Positions 8,792 to 16,607 of a DNA stretch of 64,000 bases are shown here, piece after piece; position 1 is the stretch's first letter; each line of letters begins with the position of its first letter. The DNA is from Candidatus Enterosoma merdigallinarum. GTDB lineage: Bacteria > Bacillota_I > Bacilli_A > RFN20 > CAG-288. The stretch covers positions 25,959 to 89,958 of the forward strand of contig DVNL01000014.1 of NCBI GenBank assembly GCA_018714385.1, given 5' to 3'. The notes under the pieces were generated by a model. That model had not been told where the DNA came from and did no database searches. It saw nothing but the letters and a program-made list of their open reading frames with translations. A program made the translations under genes and the position numbers.

Positions 8792-9522
8792 AGCATCCCT
8801 CCGAAGAGTTCCCCTGCCTTTTGATGGATGATCAACGAGGCTCTCGCATCCTTTGCTTCCGGGTTCTTGTCGATCAAGACGAGATTCCGGCCTTGGAAAT
8901 AGTTCAAGAACCCGGCGGCAGGATAGACGACAAGAGAAGTTCCGCAGACGATGAGAAGATCCGCTTCCATGATGGCGATCATGGCTTTCGTCATCACCCT
9001 GTCATCCAGAGGCTCCTCATAGAGGACAACGTCCGGCTTGACGATGCCGCCGCAATGCGGACAGCGGGGGACAATGTTCGGACTTCCCGCGACGAAAGAG
9101 GCATCATATGGCCTATGGCACTCCATGCAGAAATTGCGGTGGATGGATCCGTGGAGCTCGATGACGTTACAACTTCCCGCCTTCTGGTGGAGACCGTCTA
9201 TGTTCTGCGTCACGACGGCCTTGAGCTTCCCCTCCTTTTCGAGCTTGGCAAGATAAAGGTGGCAAGGATTCGGTTCCTTGTCCAGAAGGAGCATCCTTTC
9301 GCGATAAAAGCGATAGAACTCTTCCGGCTCCCTCATGAAGAAGTGATGGGAGATGATCTCTTCGGGATTGTAACGATATTTTTGGTTGTAGAGACCATCC
9401 TTGCTGCGGAAGTCCGGGATTCCCGACTCCGTGGAGACGCCGGCACCACCGAAAAAGACGACGTTCGGACTGTCGTCGATAAGCTTCATCAAGGCTTCCC
9501 TGTCTTGTTCGATGCCGGTCAT
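8788..9522 (-). CDS. cobB: NAD-dependent protein deacylase, SIR2 (sirtuin) family
   Basis: Carries the canonical motifs GAGVSTESGIPDFR, TQNIDGLH and ELHGS, plus the Zn-ribbon cysteines CMEC...CPHC. RBS is GGGAGG. Confidence 0.9.
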   Translation of the reverse strand: MTGIEQDREALMKLIDDSPNVVFFGGAGVSTESGIPDFRSKDGLYNQKYRYNPEEIISHHFFMREPEEFYRFYRERMLLLDKEPNPCHLYLAKLEKEGKLKAVVTQNIDGLHQKAGSCNVIELHGSIHRNFCMECHRPYDASFVAGSPNIVPRCPHCGGIVKPDVVLYEEPLDDRVMTKAMIAIMEADLLIVCGTSLVVYPAAGFLNYFQGRNLVLIDKNPEAKDARASLIIHQKAGELFGGML

Positions 9523-9544
9523 TCTCGCCTCCCGATACCCCTAT

Positions 9545-9572
9545 ATTATAGGCCGAAATGCCGGATTTCCAA
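9545..9572 (-). promoter_or_regulatory. Putative sigma-A-type promoter of the sirtuin operon
   Basis: Minus strand reads TTGGAA (9572..9567), 16-nt spacer, TATAAT (9550..9545), 22 nt upstream of the ATG. Confidence 0.55.
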
Positions 9573-9585
9573 ATCGAGAAGACCA

Positions 9586-9612
9586 CGAAAAAGGGGCTGC
9601 CGAAGCAGCCCC
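9586..9612 (-). terminator. Rho-independent terminator of the PFOR gene
   Basis: Minus strand reads GGGGCTGC-TTCG-GCAGCCCC followed by TTTTTT, about 20 nt after the nifJ stop. Confidence 0.8.
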
Positions 9613-9631
9613 TGGGATTGCGGAATAGACC

Positions 9632-12600
9632 TTACTTCTCGAGTCCGCCGTAGCGGAGGATGTCGTGATAGCGCTGCTCGGCGAGCTTCTCGCTCTTGGT
9701 GAGAAGTTCCTCGGCGTGATCCGGATTGACACGGAAGAGCTGAGAGTAGCGGGTCTGGGTCATGACGAAGTCGCGGAACTTGCTGAAGTCGGGGTTGCAG
9801 GACATCGTCAGAGGGCTCTTGCCCTGTTCGCGGAGACGCGGATCGTAGGTGTAGGTAAGGAAGTAGCCGCAGTCGACGGCCATCTTCTCCTGTTTGATGG
9901 AGTTTCCGAGTCCGCCCTTGATGCCGTGCTCCTGGCAAGGCGCATAGCAGATGATGAGGGACGGTCCGTTGTAGCTCTCGGCCTCGGTCATCGCCTTGAT
10001 GGCCTGGGTCGGATTGCTTCCGAGGGCGATCTGGGCGACATAGACATGATCATAGGCCATGGCGATGAGGCCGAGATTCTTCTTGGCGGTCTTCTTTCCG
10101 GAAGCGGCGAACTTCGCGATCTGTCCGGTCTGAGAGGACTTGGAGGCCTGTCCGCCGGTGTTGGAGTAGACCTCGGTGTCGAGGACGAGGATGTTGACAT
10201 CGTCATCGGTAGCGATGATGTGATCCAATCCGCCATAACCGATATCATAGGCCCATCCGTCTCCGCCGACGATCCAGACGGACTTGTCGAGCAAGTCGTT
10301 CTTCATGGCTAGCAAAGCCTTGATGTCGCTATTGCCGGAAGTCTGGATGAGGTTGAGCATCTTGGGAAGGATCTCGCGGACGTGCTTCCTGTTCTTGATG
10401 TTGTTGAGATAGTCGACGAGGATATCCTTGAGTTCGGGCTCGACCTTGTCGAGGGCGCCGTTGATGATGTTGACGATCTTGGCGAGCTTGAAGTCGGTGG
10501 CGACTCTCATGCCGTAGCCATACTCGGCGTTGTCTTCGAAGAGGGAGTTGGCCCAGGCAGGTCCGTTGCCGTTCTTGTCGCAGACAAACGGGGTCATCGG
10601 AGTGGAACCGTTATAGATGGAGGAGCATCCGGTGGCGTTGGCGATCAGCATGTCCTGACCGAAGAGCTGGGAGGCAAGACGATAGTAAGGCGTCTCGCCG
10701 CAGCCGGCACAAGCGCCGGAGACTTCCTGATAAGGTCTCTTGAGAGCGACTTCCTTGACCGTTCCGGCAGGGAAGAGACCGGTTCTGGGTTCAATCTCGT
10801 TGTAGAGGATCTTGGCAGCCTCTTCATGGGCGAACTGGCTCTTGGCCTCGACGAGGGTGAGGGCCTTGTGCTGCTCGAAGACGGTCTTGCCGTTCTCGTC
10901 CTTGACCTCGTTGCCGTTCTCGTCCTTCTTAGCGACGCGCTTTCCAGGGCACTGGTTGACGCAAAGGCCGCAGCCGACGCAATTCATCGGGGAAACCTGG
11001 ATACGGAAGTAGAGTCCCTTGACGTTGGGGCCGCCCATCGCAGGAAGGACATCCATCCTCTCACTTTCGGGAAGCTTCTCGATTTCTTCGTCATTGAGAA
11101 GGAAGGGACGAATGGTGGCATGCGGGCAGACAAAGGCGCATTGGGCGCACTGGATGCAGTTGTCCTTGTTCCAGACAGGGACTCTGTCGGCGATGGCTCT
11201 GTCTTCGCGAAGAGTGACGTTGGGCTCCATGGTGCCATCTTCGAGTTCCCACTTGCGGAAGGTGGAGACAGGGATATCGTAGCCTTCGAGGTTTCCGATG
11301 AGAGCGACGTAGCTGTCCCAATAATCGTCTCCGGTCAGTTTGACGGTGTTGCTGACAGGCAGATCGGCCCAGGAAGGATCGACGGCGACTTCGCGAAGCC
11401 CTTCGGTTCCCTGGTCGATGGCCTTGTAGTTGAGTTCGACGACATCCTGACCCTTCTTTCCATAGGTCTTGGCCGCGAATTTCTTCATCCATTCGTTGGC
11501 TTCGCTATAGGGCATGATCTGCTGATTGAGGTAGAAGAAGGAAGCCTGGAGAATGGTGTTGGTATGGCGTCCCATTCCGATGGAAAGGGCAATCTTGTTG
11601 GCATCGATGACATAGAACTTGGCATGCTTGTCGGCAAGCTGCTTCTTCATTCTGTTGGGGAGGCTGTTGTAGAGCTGCTCGTCGGTCATGTCGGTGTTGA
11701 GGAGGAATGTTCCGCCTTCCTTCAGGTTCTTGAGCATATCGAACTTGAAGATATAGGAATCGAGAGAGCAGGAGACGAAGTCGGCATTCTCGACATAGTA
11801 GGTGGAATGAATCGGAGTCTTGCCGAATCTCAAGTGAGAGCGGGTGACACCACCGGCCTTTCTGGAATCGTAGGCAAAATAGGCCTGGGCATATTGATGA
11901 GTCTCGTCGCCGATGATCTTGACAGAAGACTTGTTGGCAGAGACGGTACCGTCGGATCCCAATCCGTAGAAGAGGCAGGAGGTGTAGTCGTGAGGAACGG
12001 TGTATGTCTCATCGACAGGAAGAGAAAGGTGGGTGACATCATCATCGATACCGATGGTGAAACCGGTCCAGGTCTTCTTGGCGTCGAGGAAGTCATAGAC
12101 GGCCTTGATCTGGTTGGGCTGAGTGTCCTTGGAAGAGATGCCGTATCTTCCGCCGAGGACTTCGATATCGGTCCTTCCGCCCTGCTTCAGGGCAGCGACG
12201 ACATCGAGGTAAAGCGGCTCGCCGTCGCTTCCAGGCTCCTTCGTCCTGTCGAGAACGGCGATCTTCTTGACGGAAGCAGGAATGGTGGCAAGCAAATGCT
12301 TGACGGAGAAAGGACGATAGAGATGGACCTTGACGAGGCCGACCCTCTCTCCCTTCTTGAGCAAGTCATCGATGACTTCGATGCAGGTCTCTGTGACAGA
12401 ACCCATGGCAACGATGATCTTGGTCGCCTCGGGATCGCCATAGTAGACAAACGGAGCATAAGGACGTCCGGTCGCATCGCTGATCTTCTGGAAGTACTTG
12501 CAAGCGACGTCGACGATGTTCTCCTCATGGAGGTTCTGGGCTTCGCGTCCCTGGAAGCAGATGTCATCGTTTTCGGCTCCGCCCCTGGTGACGGCATGGC

Positions 12601-13243
12601 CATGCGGATTGAGGGCTCTCTTCTTGAATTCAGCGACCTTCTCGGTGTTGAGGAGGGATTTCCAGAATTCATCGTTGACGAATTCGACATTCTGGATTTC
12701 GTGAGAGGTGCGGAAGCCATCGAAGAAATGGATGACAGGAGAGGCAGCCTCAATGGCGATCAGATGGGAAAGGGGAGCGAGATCCGCGACTTCCTGAACG
12801 GAATGAGAGCAGATCATGCAGGCTCCGGTCTGACGGACGGCATAGATATCGCCTTGATCGCCGAAGATGGAAAGGGAACGGGAAGCCAGAGCTCTGGCAG
12901 CGACGTGCAAGACAGCGGGAAGTTCCTCGCCGACCCACTTGTAGATGTTCGGGATCATAAGAAGCAGACCCTGGGAAGCGGTGTAGGTGGTGGCAAGGCT
13001 TCCTCCCTGGAGAGCGCCATGAACGGCACCGGAGGCTCCGGCCTCAGACTGCATCTCGACGACCTTCACGACATCTCCGAAAACGTTCTTCATGCCCTGG
13101 GAAGCGTAGACATCCACGTTCTCCGCCATAGGGCTGGAAGGGGTGATCGGATAGATGGCTGCAACTTCGGTGAACTTGTAGGATCCAAGCGCCGCCGCGG
13201 TGTTGCCATCGACGGACTTGAATGTGAACTTCTCTTTTTCCAT
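9632..13243 (-). CDS. nifJ: Pyruvate:ferredoxin (flavodoxin) oxidoreductase
   Basis: About 1200-aa single-chain PFOR. N-terminus FKSVDGNTAAALGSYKFTEVAAIYPITPSSPMAE, two ferredoxin-type clusters (CIQCAQCAFVCP, CVGCGLCVNQCP) and the TPP motif GGDGWAYDIGYGGLDH. Start set to the second ATG (13243), 6 nt after GGAGG. Confidence 0.95.
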   Translation of the reverse strand: MEKEKFTFKSVDGNTAAALGSYKFTEVAAIYPITPSSPMAENVDVYASQGMKNVFGDVVKVVEMQSEAGASGAVHGALQGGSLATTYTASQGLLLMIPNIYKWVGEELPAVLHVAARALASRSLSIFGDQGDIYAVRQTGACMICSHSVQEVADLAPLSHLIAIEAASPVIHFFDGFRTSHEIQNVEFVNDEFWKSLLNTEKVAEFKKRALNPHGHAVTRGGAENDDICFQGREAQNLHEENIVDVACKYFQKISDATGRPYAPFVYYGDPEATKIIVAMGSVTETCIEVIDDLLKKGERVGLVKVHLYRPFSVKHLLATIPASVKKIAVLDRTKEPGSDGEPLYLDVVAALKQGGRTDIEVLGGRYGISSKDTQPNQIKAVYDFLDAKKTWTGFTIGIDDDVTHLSLPVDETYTVPHDYTSCLFYGLGSDGTVSANKSSVKIIGDETHQYAQAYFAYDSRKAGGVTRSHLRFGKTPIHSTYYVENADFVSCSLDSYIFKFDMLKNLKEGGTFLLNTDMTDEQLYNSLPNRMKKQLADKHAKFYVIDANKIALSIGMGRHTNTILQASFFYLNQQIMPYSEANEWMKKFAAKTYGKKGQDVVELNYKAIDQGTEGLREVAVDPSWADLPVSNTVKLTGDDYWDSYVALIGNLEGYDIPVSTFRKWELEDGTMEPNVTLREDRAIADRVPVWNKDNCIQCAQCAFVCPHATIRPFLLNDEEIEKLPESERMDVLPAMGGPNVKGLYFRIQVSPMNCVGCGLCVNQCPGKRVAKKDENGNEVKDENGKTVFEQHKALTLVEAKSQFAHEEAAKILYNEIEPRTGLFPAGTVKEVALKRPYQEVSGACAGCGETPYYRLASQLFGQDMLIANATGCSSIYNGSTPMTPFVCDKNGNGPAWANSLFEDNAEYGYGMRVATDFKLAKIVNIINGALDKVEPELKDILVDYLNNIKNRKHVREILPKMLNLIQTSGNSDIKALLAMKNDLLDKSVWIVGGDGWAYDIGYGGLDHIIATDDDVNILVLDTEVYSNTGGQASKSSQTGQIAKFAASGKKTAKKNLGLIAMAYDHVYVAQIALGSNPTQAIKAMTEAESYNGPSLIICYAPCQEHGIKGGLGNSIKQEKMAVDCGYFLTYTYDPRLREQGKSPLTMSCNPDFSKFRDFVMTQTRYSQLFRVNPDHAEELLTKSEKLAEQRYHDILRYGGLEK

Positions 13244-13320
13244 ACACATCCTCCAATGTTTGTGTTGTTAAAGCAATTTATTATAAAACAAAGAAAAACA
13301 ACCGAGTAGATAAAACCCGG

Positions 13321-13349
13321 AAAAAGGGGCGATTTTGCCCCTGTTTTTT
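13321..13349. terminator. Orphan bidirectional hairpin terminator in the PFOR-cadA spacer
   Basis: AAAAA-GGGGC-GATTTT-GCCCC-TGTTTTTT, with uridine runs on both strands. No annotated gene ends here. Confidence 0.55.
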
Positions 13350-13748
13350 GTTAATTATAATTAACTCTTTTCTTTTTTTCCGCTTCGAAAATAGGTTGCG
13401 CTTTTCTTAATCATTATTCGAATCAGGGTCTTTCAATACAAAAATAAATTCCAACAAAGAATATCCACTTGCTCTGTCGTCCCTGAATGACTCAAGCGAT
13501 GCCGAAGATGCGCCAAAGCCGAATTTATTATACAAGTGTCAATTATCTTTTTCATCTGTAATCGCTTCCAATTTTTAGACTTTCTCTGCCATTCTTAAAG
13601 GTTTTATAGGTGAAAGGGTTTTCATTTTGCTTGTGTTATGGGGAATTTAAGAAAGAAATGTGCTTTTTGCTTCACTTTTTTTCTTTCTCGAAATTTATGC
13701 CAAAGCGTGTTGACAAGATTTCGGATTTGTCGATTTTTGCAAAAATCG

Positions 13749-13777
13749 TTGCATTATTGATATGAAGTTTGTATCAT
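13749..13777 (+). promoter_or_regulatory. Putative cadA promoter
   Basis: TTGCAT (13749-13754), 17-nt spacer, TATCAT (13772-13777), 33 nt upstream of the cadA ATG. RBS is AAAGGAG. Confidence 0.45.
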
Positions 13778-13797
13778 ATGAGTGTAATTTCATATGA
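13774..13797 (+). promoter_or_regulatory. Candidate metalloregulator operator (two palindromic TCATATGA boxes)
   Basis: TCATATGA-N8-TCATATGA overlaps the -10 box and the transcription start region of cadA. An ArsR/SmtB-family repressor gene lies just downstream of cadA. Confidence 0.4.
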
Positions 13798-13809
13798 AAG
13801 GAGCCGACC

Positions 13810-15825
13810 ATGTCTTGCCATTGCCACGGAACGCACGATAGCACCTGTCCAAAAGAAAACACGGAATGCAAAGAGTCGAGAGAAAGAAAACGCAACTTTC
13901 TCTTTCTCGGCATCGGGGTCCTGCTTCTCCTTGCCGCATTCCTTCTTTCCTATTTCGATCCTTCCCCCTTCAAAGAAATGTCCTGGAGCCATTTCAAAGA
14001 TCCGGACTTTTTCTCTTCACTGACTTTCGGCTCCTTTGTTCTCTATTCCTTTGATTATCTTATCCTTTCTTATACCCTCATCACAAAAATGGTTGAAGAG
14101 ATCCGCGAGAAAAACTATATCAACGAATTCACCCTGATGTTGGTCGCTACCATCGGCGCCTTCGCCATCTGTGAATTCCCGGAGGCGGTCCTGGTCGTTC
14201 TCTTCAGCATCGTCGGCGAAATGCTTGAAGACTATGCGACGGAAAAATCCTCCCAATCGATCAAAAAGCTCGTCAACGACATGCCTCTTTACGCCCATGT
14301 TCTTCAAGAGGACGGCACGTTCCAGGACAAAAACCCGGAGACGCTTCCCGTAGGCTCCATCCTCGAGATTCGTCCTGGGGAAAAGATAGCCGTCGATGGC
14401 ATCCTTGCAAAAGGCAAGACCACCCTCGATCTTTCTTCCATCAATGGAGAGTCCTTGCCGAAAGAAGCGGAGGAAGGAGACAAACTCTTTTCCGGTTCCA
14501 TCAACCTTTCTTCCTCCATCCTCATGAGAACGGAAAAGACCTATCAGAACTCCACGTTATCGAAGATCATGGAACTGGTCGAAAACGAGCAGGGGAAAAA
14601 GGCAAAAAGCGAGAAGTTCATAACGCGTTTCAGCAAATTCTACACGCCGCTCGTCGTCCTTGTCGCCCTCGTCGTCTTCCTGGTCGGATATGGCCTCTCC
14701 GGCTTTGTCTGGGAAGGAACGAATGGCGGCGAGGAATGGCTCTACCGCGCCCTGTCCATCCTCTTGATTTCCTGTCCCTGTGCCCTTGTCATATCTGTCC
14801 CTATCTCTTTCTTTGCCGGTATCGGAAGGGCAAGCCGTTTCGGTGTCCTTATAAAGGGTTCTTTGCCAATGGAAAACCTTGCAAGAAGCAATTCTTTTTT
14901 CTTCGATAAGACCGGTACACTGACGGAAGGCAATTTTGTCCTTGAGAATAAGGTCGAGGAAGAATATCTCGCCATCGCAGCATCTCTGGAAAACAAGTCG
15001 ACCCATCCTTTGGGGAAAGCCATCGTCAACGCCTACAAAGGCAAGATGAAAGACGTCGAAGACTTCCTCAACGTCCCCGGTTTCGGCATCCAGGGGAAAA
15101 TTCAAGGGGAGACGTATCTCATCGGAAACAAAAAATACCTCCTTGCAAACGGAGTCGAGGATTTCCCGGAGGAGAAGACACCATACAAAGTCCTCTATCT
15201 CGCCCCAAAAGACGGCAAGAGACTCGCCTCTTTCATCGTCACCGACCAGATCAAGCCGGATGCCAAGGAGGCCATCGCCGATCTCAAGGCCGAAAGGGTC
15301 AATGCCACCGTCATGCTCTCTGGGGATGACGAGCGGATCGCAAAGGCAGTCCAGGAAAAAATCGGCCTGGATGCCTATCGAGGAAATCTTCTCCCGGAAG
15401 AAAAGCTCGATTGTCTCAAGGAAGCGATGAAAACGGGCAAGGTGGCTTTCATCGGCGACGGGATAAACGACTCGCCGAGCCTTCTTGCCAGCGACGTCGG
15501 AATCGCCATGGGCGCTTTGGGAAGCGACGCGGCAATCGAAGCGAGCGACATCGTCGTCATGGATGACAGCCTCAAAAAAGTCGCCGAGGGGCGCCGACTT
15601 GCCAAAAGGACGATGCTCAACGTCATCGTCGGCGTTTCCTTTGCCATTCTCGTCAAGATGCTCATCATGATTCTTGTCGCGTTAGGATATTGCGGTGATT
15701 TTGCCATGATCTTAGGAACCTTCTCCGATACTGGAATCATGGCTATATGCGTCCTTCATTCCATGTCATTGATGCTCTATAGAGAAAAATATATCGATAG
15801 CAAAAATAAGAAGAAAAACACCTAA
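13810..15825 (+). CDS. cadA: Heavy-metal (Cd/Zn/Co-type) translocating P1B-type ATPase
   Basis: Motifs DKTGTLT, SCPCALV (the CPC motif) and GDGINDSP, with a Cys/His-rich N-terminus MSCHCHGTHDSTCPKENTEC. Confidence 0.9.
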   Translation: MSCHCHGTHDSTCPKENTECKESRERKRNFLFLGIGVLLLLAAFLLSYFDPSPFKEMSWSHFKDPDFFSSLTFGSFVLYSFDYLILSYTLITKMVEEIREKNYINEFTLMLVATIGAFAICEFPEAVLVVLFSIVGEMLEDYATEKSSQSIKKLVNDMPLYAHVLQEDGTFQDKNPETLPVGSILEIRPGEKIAVDGILAKGKTTLDLSSINGESLPKEAEEGDKLFSGSINLSSSILMRTEKTYQNSTLSKIMELVENEQGKKAKSEKFITRFSKFYTPLVVLVALVVFLVGYGLSGFVWEGTNGGEEWLYRALSILLISCPCALVISVPISFFAGIGRASRFGVLIKGSLPMENLARSNSFFFDKTGTLTEGNFVLENKVEEEYLAIAASLENKSTHPLGKAIVNAYKGKMKDVEDFLNVPGFGIQGKIQGETYLIGNKKYLLANGVEDFPEEKTPYKVLYLAPKDGKRLASFIVTDQIKPDAKEAIADLKAERVNATVMLSGDDERIAKAVQEKIGLDAYRGNLLPEEKLDCLKEAMKTGKVAFIGDGINDSPSLLASDVGIAMGALGSDAAIEASDIVVMDDSLKKVAEGRRLAKRTMLNVIVGVSFAILVKMLIMILVALGYCGDFAMILGTFSDTGIMAICVLHSMSLMLYREKYIDSKNKKKNT

Positions 15826-15849
15826 ATTAAAAACAAACAACTTCTTTTG

Positions 15850-15879
15850 AAAAAAGAGACCTTCTCTGGTCTCTTTTTT
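15850..15879. terminator. Bidirectional terminator between convergent cadA and the ArsR-family gene
   Basis: AAAAA-AGAGACC-TTCTCT-GGTCTCT-TTTTT. Confidence 0.75.
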
Positions 15880-16243
15880 AATATCCCTTCTCTTTTCTCT
15901 CCTTGTAGAGAGCTTCGTCTTTTTCTGAGGAATGTTCCAATCCCGTCCGGAACAAATCTTTGATGTGATTGTCTTTGAGCGTGTAAAGAACTTGCTTGCC
16001 AGAGCGGTAAAAGGTGACAACGTCATGCTTTCGAAGAACCTGGAGCTGATGGGAGACACGGCTTTGAGAAAGAGAGAGGACTTCGGCGATATCGTTGACA
16101 CACAACTCATGACTCAAAAGAAGTGCGACGATGGAGAGGCGTGTCGAATCAGCGAAAATGGAATAGAAGGAAGCCAGCGTCTTCATGGCCTCTTCGGAAA
16201 GGGCCGTTTTTTTGATGGCTTCGATATGACATGTCTTGTCCAT
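15878..16243 (-). CDS. ArsR/SmtB-family metal-responsive transcriptional repressor
   Basis: MDKTCHIEAIKK...FYSIFADSTRLSIVALLLSHELCVNDIAEVLSLSQSRVSHQLQVLRK is a typical winged-HTH ArsR core. The track ORF 15878-16465 is over-extended, so the start is set to ATG 16243. Confidence 0.85.
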   Translation of the reverse strand: MDKTCHIEAIKKTALSEEAMKTLASFYSIFADSTRLSIVALLLSHELCVNDIAEVLSLSQSRVSHQLQVLRKHDVVTFYRSGKQVLYTLKDNHIKDLFRTGLEHSSEKDEALYKERKEKGY

Positions 16244-16250
16244 ACCTTTG

Positions 16251-16279
16251 ATTATACCCTTTCCTTGTCCCCAAGTTAA
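16251..16279 (-). promoter_or_regulatory. Putative promoter giving a leaderless ArsR-family mRNA
   Basis: Minus strand reads TTAACT (16279..16274), 17-nt spacer, TATAAT (16256..16251), then 7 nt (CAAAGGT) before the ATG. No properly spaced Shine-Dalgarno. Confidence 0.45.
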
Positions 16280-16382
16280 TGCTGCTTTTTCGAAAGGAAT
16301 CCGTTGAATATTTAAAAAGGCAAAGTAGATTTTATATATATTTATATATATAATATGTACGTTTGACACTGGAGGATTCCAC

Positions 16383-16607
16383 ATGGCGACAACAGCTAGA
16401 AAGTGTGTTTCCGTCAAAGGAGACCACATCACTCTCGGCCAGCTTTTGAAAAAGTTGGACATCATTCAGACCGGAGGCGAGGAAAAGGCCTATCTCGCCA
16501 TGCATGACATCCTCGTCAACGGCGAGAAGGACATCCGGAGGGGGAGAAAGCTAAGGCCTGGCGATATCGTCGAGATCGAAGGCCAAAGCTACGAGCTATG
16601 TTCGTAA
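16383..16607 (+). CDS. yaaA: S4-domain RNA-binding protein YaaA
   Basis: 74 aa with ITLGQLLKKLDIIQTGGEEKAYL...VNGEKDIRRGRKLRPGDIVEI. Sits in the conserved position immediately upstream of recF. Confidence 0.8.
   Translation: MATTARKCVSVKGDHITLGQLLKKLDIIQTGGEEKAYLAMHDILVNGEKDIRRGRKLRPGDIVEIEGQSYELCS

Noticed and set aside
8788-9522. The SIR2 gene as an NADase effector of a phage-defence system
   Set aside because: It has every hallmark of a canonical deacylase sirtuin (GAGVSTESGIPDFR, QNIDGLH, catalytic HG, a four-Cys zinc ribbon and a compact 244 aa). Defence SIR2 domains are usually divergent, lack the zinc module and are fused to other domains. The operon context is still flagged, but I do not claim a defence role.
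10382-13309. 975-aa + strand ORF opposite PFOR, together with 9665-10312 (215 aa)
   Set aside because: It is the exact codon-aligned antisense frame of nifJ. It is Asp/Glu/Gly/Leu/Val-rich with no motifs or RBS, and is explained by the absence of TTA/CTA/TCA codons in nifJ.
13433-13555. 40-codon minus-strand ORF in the PFOR-cadA spacer
   Set aside because: It has a weak RBS, uses the otherwise avoided TTA and TCA codons, and overlaps the promoter-like element. It is kept only as an alternative explanation in the spacer finding, not as a feature.
13250-13809. Replication origin (oriC) in the AT-rich spacer flanked by divergent genes near recF-gyrBA
   Set aside because: I found only one weak DnaA-box-like site (ATATCCACT, 7/9 match, about 13461-13469) and no cluster. 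dnaA and dnaN are absent, and gene orientation flips repeatedly across the window instead of diverging from this point.
13695-14023. ORFs 13695-13913 (-), 13769-14023 (+) and 13774-13992 (-)
   Set aside because: They overlap the cadA promoter and the cadA 5' coding region out of frame or antisense. No RBS and no recognisable sequence.
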